Source of the DNA: Candidatus Latescibacterota bacterium
Lineage (GTDB): Bacteria; Latescibacterota; UBA2968; UBA8231
Direction of reading: 5' to 3'
Assembly (NCBI GenBank): GCA_965197905.1
Contig: CBDAOB010000005.1
Location: forward strand, 736,001 to 800,000
Length of the DNA stretch: 64,000 nucleotides
This document shows, one piece after another, positions 59,214-64,000 of this stretch (position 1 is its first letter; every line of letters starts with the position of its first letter). The notes under the pieces are model-generated. The model searched no databases. It was given only the letters and a program-made list of their open reading frames with translations, and had not been told where the DNA came from. A program made the position numbers and the translations under genes.

Positions 59214-61181
59214 ATGACCCAGTATGCAGAAGTTCGCGTAGGCCCTCCAGAGAATGACGCACCGCGCATCACATTGCGAGCTTTGGTTCTCGGCGCGTTG
59301 ACCATAGCGCTAGCGTTCCATTACGCCATTACCGAAATACAGGGCCTGGGGATGGGGGGCTTGGTGAACTCCCAGCTGCCGATCATCGTCTTAGTTCCCT
59401 TCGTCATCTGGCTATTCCTCAACGTGGCCCTCAAGCGATTGTCGCCTCGTATCGCGCTGCGACAGGGCGAGCTACTCACCATCTTCTGTATGCTTTGGCT
59501 CGTGGGCACGGTGCCGCACATCGGGTGGACCACCTACCTCGCCATCTGGCTTGCGGCGCCCGCCTATTTCGCCACTTCTGAAAACCAGTGGGCCGAGGCC
59601 CTCTTCAACGACCTGCCCTGGCATGTACTACCCGCCACCACCGATCGCGTGCTTACCGGTTTCTTTCAGGGACTGCCCGAAGGGGCTGCCATTCCTTGGG
59701 AGGGGTGGTACGGCGCTATAGCCCACTGGCTGGGGGTCTCCATCGCCATGGTGATTTTCGGTTTCTCTCTGGTGGTGCTGCTGCGCCGCCAATGGGAGGA
59801 GGGCGAAAAACTGACCTTCCCGCTCGCCCAGCTGCCCCGGGACTTGACCGCGGGATTCGATGATAAGGGTTGTCTGCCCACCATCTTCAGATCGCGCCTC
59901 TTCTGGGTCGGATTCCTGGTGGTTTTCCTGCCCATTCTCTACAACGTCGGCACCTACTTCACCCCGGGAATCCCCGCCCTGGAGATCTACTGGAAGTGGT
60001 ATGCGATTGAGTTAGGCACGGGATACCAGGCGGTCAGGTTCCGCATTATGCCGTTGGTAATGGCGGTCACCTATCTCTGTCCGCTCGACATTCTCGGCAG
60101 CATGTTTCTGTTTCACCTGCTGGCGCTGGCCAAGGGTGCCGCCATGGTCCGTTTCGGATTCACCATGGGTACCGAAGGCGTCCCGCTGACATCGAGGTCG
60201 ATCCTGCACCTGGAGAGCTACGGCACCATGCTCTTCATAGGATTGTGGACCTTCTGGCTGGCGCGGGGACACCTGCGGCAGGTCTGGCATCAGGTGCGGG
60301 TGGGCGGTGGAGATCCTGGCGAACGGCAGCGCTACCGGCTCGCGCTTTTCGGTCTGGTAACATCGGCGGGGTACGTGATCGGCTTCATGTACTTCACGGG
60401 CATGAGTCTGCCGCTGGCGCTGATCGTGTTCCTGGTGACGACGCTGACCTATCTGGTGATCATGAAGCAGATAGCCGCGACCGGATGCGCCTATCTGCTC
60501 ACTGACTGGAACCACATGAAAGCCAAGACTTTTGTGCACGAGCTGCTGGGCACGGTCCATATCTCCCAACAGAGCCACATCGCTTTTCGCTTTTTCAGCG
60601 GTCGCGCCTTCTTCGGCAACCTACGGCTGCCCGCATGGCCGGCATTGCCCCACGTTACGCGCATCTTTTCCCTCGAGCATCGACCCCGCTGGGTGGTGGC
60701 ATTGATCTTCACGGCGTTTCCCGTCGGTTTCTTGGTGGCCGTGGCCTCTACCTTGGAGATGGCATATATGCGGGACGGCCTGGCTTCGATCTCCAGTGGC
60801 AGCATCGCGCATTACGACGACACCGTCACCAAACTGGCTAATCTTAGAGCGGTGGATCCGGAGCGTTGGGCGGTCTTTCTTACCGGCTTTTTCGAGGGCG
60901 CTCTGCTGGCATTCTTGCGCGCGCGGTGGAGCTGGTTTCCACTACACCCGGTGGGCGTGGCATTTCAGAACACGATCGTCGGCATTCTGTTCTGGTTCAG
61001 CTTGTTTCTCGTCTGGCTAATAAAACTCATACTGTTGCGATACGGCGGCGTCAGAGCCTACTTGAGCGGCAAACCATTTTTCTACGGTCTCGGCATAGGG
61101 TACGTGACGGGAGTCATTCTGTCGGTGACCGTGGACCTCATCTGGTTTCCAACGGCAGGCCATTTTATCCACGGGTGGTAG
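59214..61181 (+). CDS. Polytopic membrane protein, DUF6785/DUF6784-like (copy 4)
   Basis: 'ITLRALVLG', 'RRQWEEGEKLTFPLAQLP', 'WFPLHPVG', 'KPFFYG'. Confidence 0.85.
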   Translation: MTQYAEVRVGPPENDAPRITLRALVLGALTIALAFHYAITEIQGLGMGGLVNSQLPIIVLVPFVIWLFLNVALKRLSPRIALRQGELLTIFCMLWLVGTVPHIGWTTYLAIWLAAPAYFATSENQWAEALFNDLPWHVLPATTDRVLTGFFQGLPEGAAIPWEGWYGAIAHWLGVSIAMVIFGFSLVVLLRRQWEEGEKLTFPLAQLPRDLTAGFDDKGCLPTIFRSRLFWVGFLVVFLPILYNVGTYFTPGIPALEIYWKWYAIELGTGYQAVRFRIMPLVMAVTYLCPLDILGSMFLFHLLALAKGAAMVRFGFTMGTEGVPLTSRSILHLESYGTMLFIGLWTFWLARGHLRQVWHQVRVGGGDPGERQRYRLALFGLVTSAGYVIGFMYFTGMSLPLALIVFLVTTLTYLVIMKQIAATGCAYLLTDWNHMKAKTFVHELLGTVHISQQSHIAFRFFSGRAFFGNLRLPAWPALPHVTRIFSLEHRPRWVVALIFTAFPVGFLVAVASTLEMAYMRDGLASISSGSIAHYDDTVTKLANLRAVDPERWAVFLTGFFEGALLAFLRARWSWFPLHPVGVAFQNTIVGILFWFSLFLVWLIKLILLRYGGVRAYLSGKPFFYGLGIGYVTGVILSVTVDLIWFPTAGHFIHGW

Positions 61182-61250
61182 TCTTGTCGCATGGGTTCCA
61201 CCCGAGGGATGACCCCGGGTACAGACCGTCATTCAGGCTGACGTGCTCAC

Positions 61251-62107
61251 CTACGACTCGACCCAGTGGCGATAAAGCGGCTTCACGTTGGATGGCAGCC
61301 GATCGTAGACGTCGCGTTTGACCAGTGGTTCCTTCCGTATTTCTTCCTTGCCGAGTTCGTCAATCCAATGCTCCCGTTCCAGTGACCCGTCCCGGCAGAT
61401 TCCCATATTGAACCACCAGGGGATCCAGCGCAGGATGAGGCAAGAGCGCCGCTTCCCGGAGGTGTTGGGCATGACGCTGTGCCAGGTGCGGCCGTCGAGC
61501 AAAAGCACGCTGCCGGCCTCGCCGGTTGCCTGCAACTCTGTGGGGTAGCGGGCAAAGCGGTCCAAGTCAACGTCGGTACCGGGGAATTTTCCGTATCTAT
61601 GGCTCCCGGGTACCACGGCAGTGGCACCATTTTCTTCGGTGAAAGGGGTCAGCATCCACAACGTGTTGATGAGGACGGGTACTTCAGCGGGGCACTGGCA
61701 CAGTTTGAGATAGGCGGCATCGTCCTTGCGATTGTAGGGCCAATCGGTGTGAAGCCCGCGGCGAAGGGTGCCCATGCCGATGGCTACACCGCAGTCCTGG
61801 GCCAAGTAGTGTGGACCCAGCAGCCCCTCGAGCGCTCCTGCCAGATGCGGCTCGGCAAGGTAGGGGACGAACGACTGGTCGTGGTTGAGCAAACCTCGCG
61901 GGCGAGCCTCTTTTCCGTTCTTGACGAAGTCGGGTTCGGTCCACTGGCCGGGCTCCTCGCCATCTTCGGGGAAACGGTCGGGCTGCAGCATCTTCGTCGT
62001 GCGCTCGACGCTCTGGAGTACGTGCGGCACCTCGTCTTTGGGGATAACGTCGGGAATGACGCAAAACCCGTGATCTGCATGTGCATGACAATCTCGGTGA
62101 CGTCCAT
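61251..62107 (-). CDS. PhyH family dioxygenase with a -1 frameshift in the A4 run at 62063-62066
   Basis: Adding one T gives 'QITGFCVIPDVIPKDEV', continuing to 'LHTD', 'VVPGSH', 'WHS' and 'RR'. Confidence 0.8.
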
Positions 62108-62350
62108 AGCTCTTATATCTCCGCCAAAATCTCCAGCGCCTCGTTCATGGGGACCTCGTAATCTTCCCGATTCATTGCGGATTCCTCCTCCTTGGACCGC
62201 TGCAGTCGAGCGTGCGGCTGAGCAAGCTTCTGCGTGAATATACCGCGATACGCTATGCCGGCGAACTTCGGCGTCGCTGACTTCATCGCCAGCTGGGACG
62301 ATTCTTGTTACGAGAGACAGGGTGGCGAAAATGGTCGATCCAGCCTGTCC

Positions 62351-62970
62351 TTAGGACAGCACCACCTTCCCCCCCGGTTGGAGGATCGCGATGTCGGTGC
62401 GGGGGATCTTGTAGTTCCGCACCCCTAGCGCCGTCACGAACTCTGCCGGGTGACCTCCTTGGGAACGCAACGGTGGATAGGTGTACCCGTAGTGACAGGG
62501 AATGACCACTTGCGGTTGCAGCAGAAAGGTGAGCAGCGCGGCGAAGCCTGCACCGAGGTCGGTGTCACAGATAGGAACTATGAGGTAGTCCACCTCCAGG
62601 TTGCAGATAGCCTCCTTGCCGGGGTGGTCAAAGTTGGTGTCGCCAGGATGGTAGATGTTGCCATGCCGGGTTTCTATTAAATACCCACAGGCGCCGGGAT
62701 CGGGTCTTTGATAAGCACTGTGATCGGCGGGAATCACCTTCACGGAAAAGGTCTCGAAATCCATTGTCTGGCCATGTCTGGCTTCAAGGACTGACCCTCG
62801 CGGGATGCCGGTCTCCAGTATTCCACGCCATTGGCCAGATCGCTCCGAATGGCGTCGTAACCGGCGTCTCGGTAGAGTTCCTTGTGGATCCTCCTCGCCG
62901 GCTCCGCGCTAATGAATTCGTCGGCATAGCTGGGAACAGCTTTCGGGGTCATGGAGTTCAACTCCTTCAC
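62351..62970 (-). pseudogene. MBL-fold (UlaG-like) hydrolase remnant lacking the central HxHxDH region
   Basis: The C-half has 'IPADHS', 'IYHPGDT' and 'VIPCHYG'. The short N-half is in another frame, and the metal motif is absent. Confidence 0.6.
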
Positions 62971-63034
62971 GTTGTTGGTCCCACCTGGCTTCTACTCCGC
63001 AAGTGGAATACGCGTTTAAAAAGCAGCCGCATCA

Positions 63035-64000
63035 TCAATACACCCTTATATGATTGCCTCTCATGCCGGTAAACGCGTCCACCATTAGCCAGAAACCGGC
63101 CGCCACGAACTGTCCCAGTATGATCCCTATAAAGAAGGGTTTCGTCCGTTCGTAGAGGGCAGGGCCGCCGTAGTTGAGCACGACCAGCTTGATCAGCCAG
63201 GCGGCCAGAATCGACATCCAGGTGGCGTTTAACATCCACGACGAGCTCACCGCAAATCCGATGGGATGAAACGGCCACCAGGCAAGGGTGTGGCGCGCGA
63301 TCATCAGGCCGACCATAACTGCCGCCCCCACCCCGGTCCATATCCACCCAGCCGCATGCGGCCCGGTTGGACTCCCCAGATGATGTTCGGCGAAGAAAGA
63401 AGCGGACCTGGCGTAGGTCTGGTAATACCTACCACTCAGGTTGAGGCCCCCATGTTTGTAGCCCAGGTAGATCTGCAACCAGATGGCGGCCACCATGGCG
63501 ATTATTGCGGCTGCACCGATAGCGAGAAAAACGCCCCGCCGGTGGCGCGTGATTTCCGAACCCATCCGCAGCGCGTTGGCCATGGGTGCGGTAACGAAGG
63601 TGATAAAAGTTCCCGCCCAGACCAGGGTGTAACCCGCTGCAACCACGCCTTTGATACCCAGGGCCGTGGCGCCGACGCCGGACATCACAAAACTGGCCGG
63701 CGACATGGCGGGGGTGATGGTGGGCAGCCCGGTTTCGGCGATGACCCGCGCCAACCCGATCATGATCACCAGGGTTGCGAAGATAAAAACCGGAACGATC
63801 CAGGCCGGGATGCCCGATTGCCACAACCAGAAAAAAACGAAGGTCGCGCCGCCCAGAAAGCAGAGGACGGCGGCCCGGTACGACATGATCTCCCGCGAGT
63901 CATCCACCGGCGCATCCTTGTTCCAGGCCTTGTGCAGAACCTCCTTGAGGTGGGGTCGCGCGGTCCACAGGCCGAAGACGACGAGGACGATCAACGCTCC
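63035..64000 (-). CDS. Polytopic membrane protein, DUF6785/DUF6784-like (copy 5), 5' end outside the window
   Basis: Close paralog of copy 2 ('DAPVDDSREIMSYR', 'WWPFHPIG', 'GNHIRVY'). Confidence 0.85.
   Translation of the reverse strand, partial: GALIVLVVFGLWTARPHLKEVLHKAWNKDAPVDDSREIMSYRAAVLCFLGGATFVFFWLWQSGIPAWIVPVFIFATLVIMIGLARVIAETGLPTITPAMSPASFVMSGVGATALGIKGVVAAGYTLVWAGTFITFVTAPMANALRMGSEITRHRRGVFLAIGAAAIIAMVAAIWLQIYLGYKHGGLNLSGRYYQTYARSASFFAEHHLGSPTGPHAAGWIWTGVGAAVMVGLMIARHTLAWWPFHPIGFAVSSSWMLNATWMSILAAWLIKLVVLNYGGPALYERTKPFFIGIILGQFVAAGFWLMVDAFTGMRGNHIRVY

Noticed and set aside
278..63824. Long antisense or alternate-frame ORFs (e.g. 5968..6900, 18958..19905, 35856..37079, 44242..45468, 49507..50535)
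   Set aside because: They overlap well-supported genes, lack motifs, and are expected shadows in high-GC DNA.
1..64000. CRISPR array, rRNA/tRNA, IS, integrase, prophage or defence genes
   Set aside because: No regularly spaced repeats, RNA-gene signatures or recognisable mobile-element ORFs were seen by eye.

Overview
GC-rich bacterial DNA, probably from an uncultured FCB-group lineage such as Ca. Latescibacterota. That is inferred only from gene content, including 'YPNPFN' FlgD-Ig/T9SS-like C-terminal domains. I found no rRNA, tRNA, CRISPR array, transposase, integrase or phage gene. The window is a catabolic region: four Gfo/Idh/MocA dehydrogenases, three enolase-superfamily enzymes, two aldolase-type lyases, several PhyH-type dioxygenases, and beta-propeller and beta-helix glycoside-hydrolase-like proteins. 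Two paralogous unknown families recur through it: four ~960-990 aa signal-peptide proteins with Asp-rich repeats and beta-barrel-like C-termini, and five ~650 aa polytopic membrane proteins (DUF6785/DUF6784-like, from recall). Three of the four large genes lie next to or near a membrane-protein gene, which suggests an undescribed two-membrane uptake system (inference). The best-supported hidden feature is a secreted thioredoxin-fold selenoprotein candidate at 22315..23157 (-): an in-frame UGA in a UxxC motif, followed by a SECIS-like hairpin, and split in two by the ORF track. There is also much gene decay: single-base frameshifts (possibly sequencing errors), two Trp-to-stop codons, and remnants with large internal deletions.
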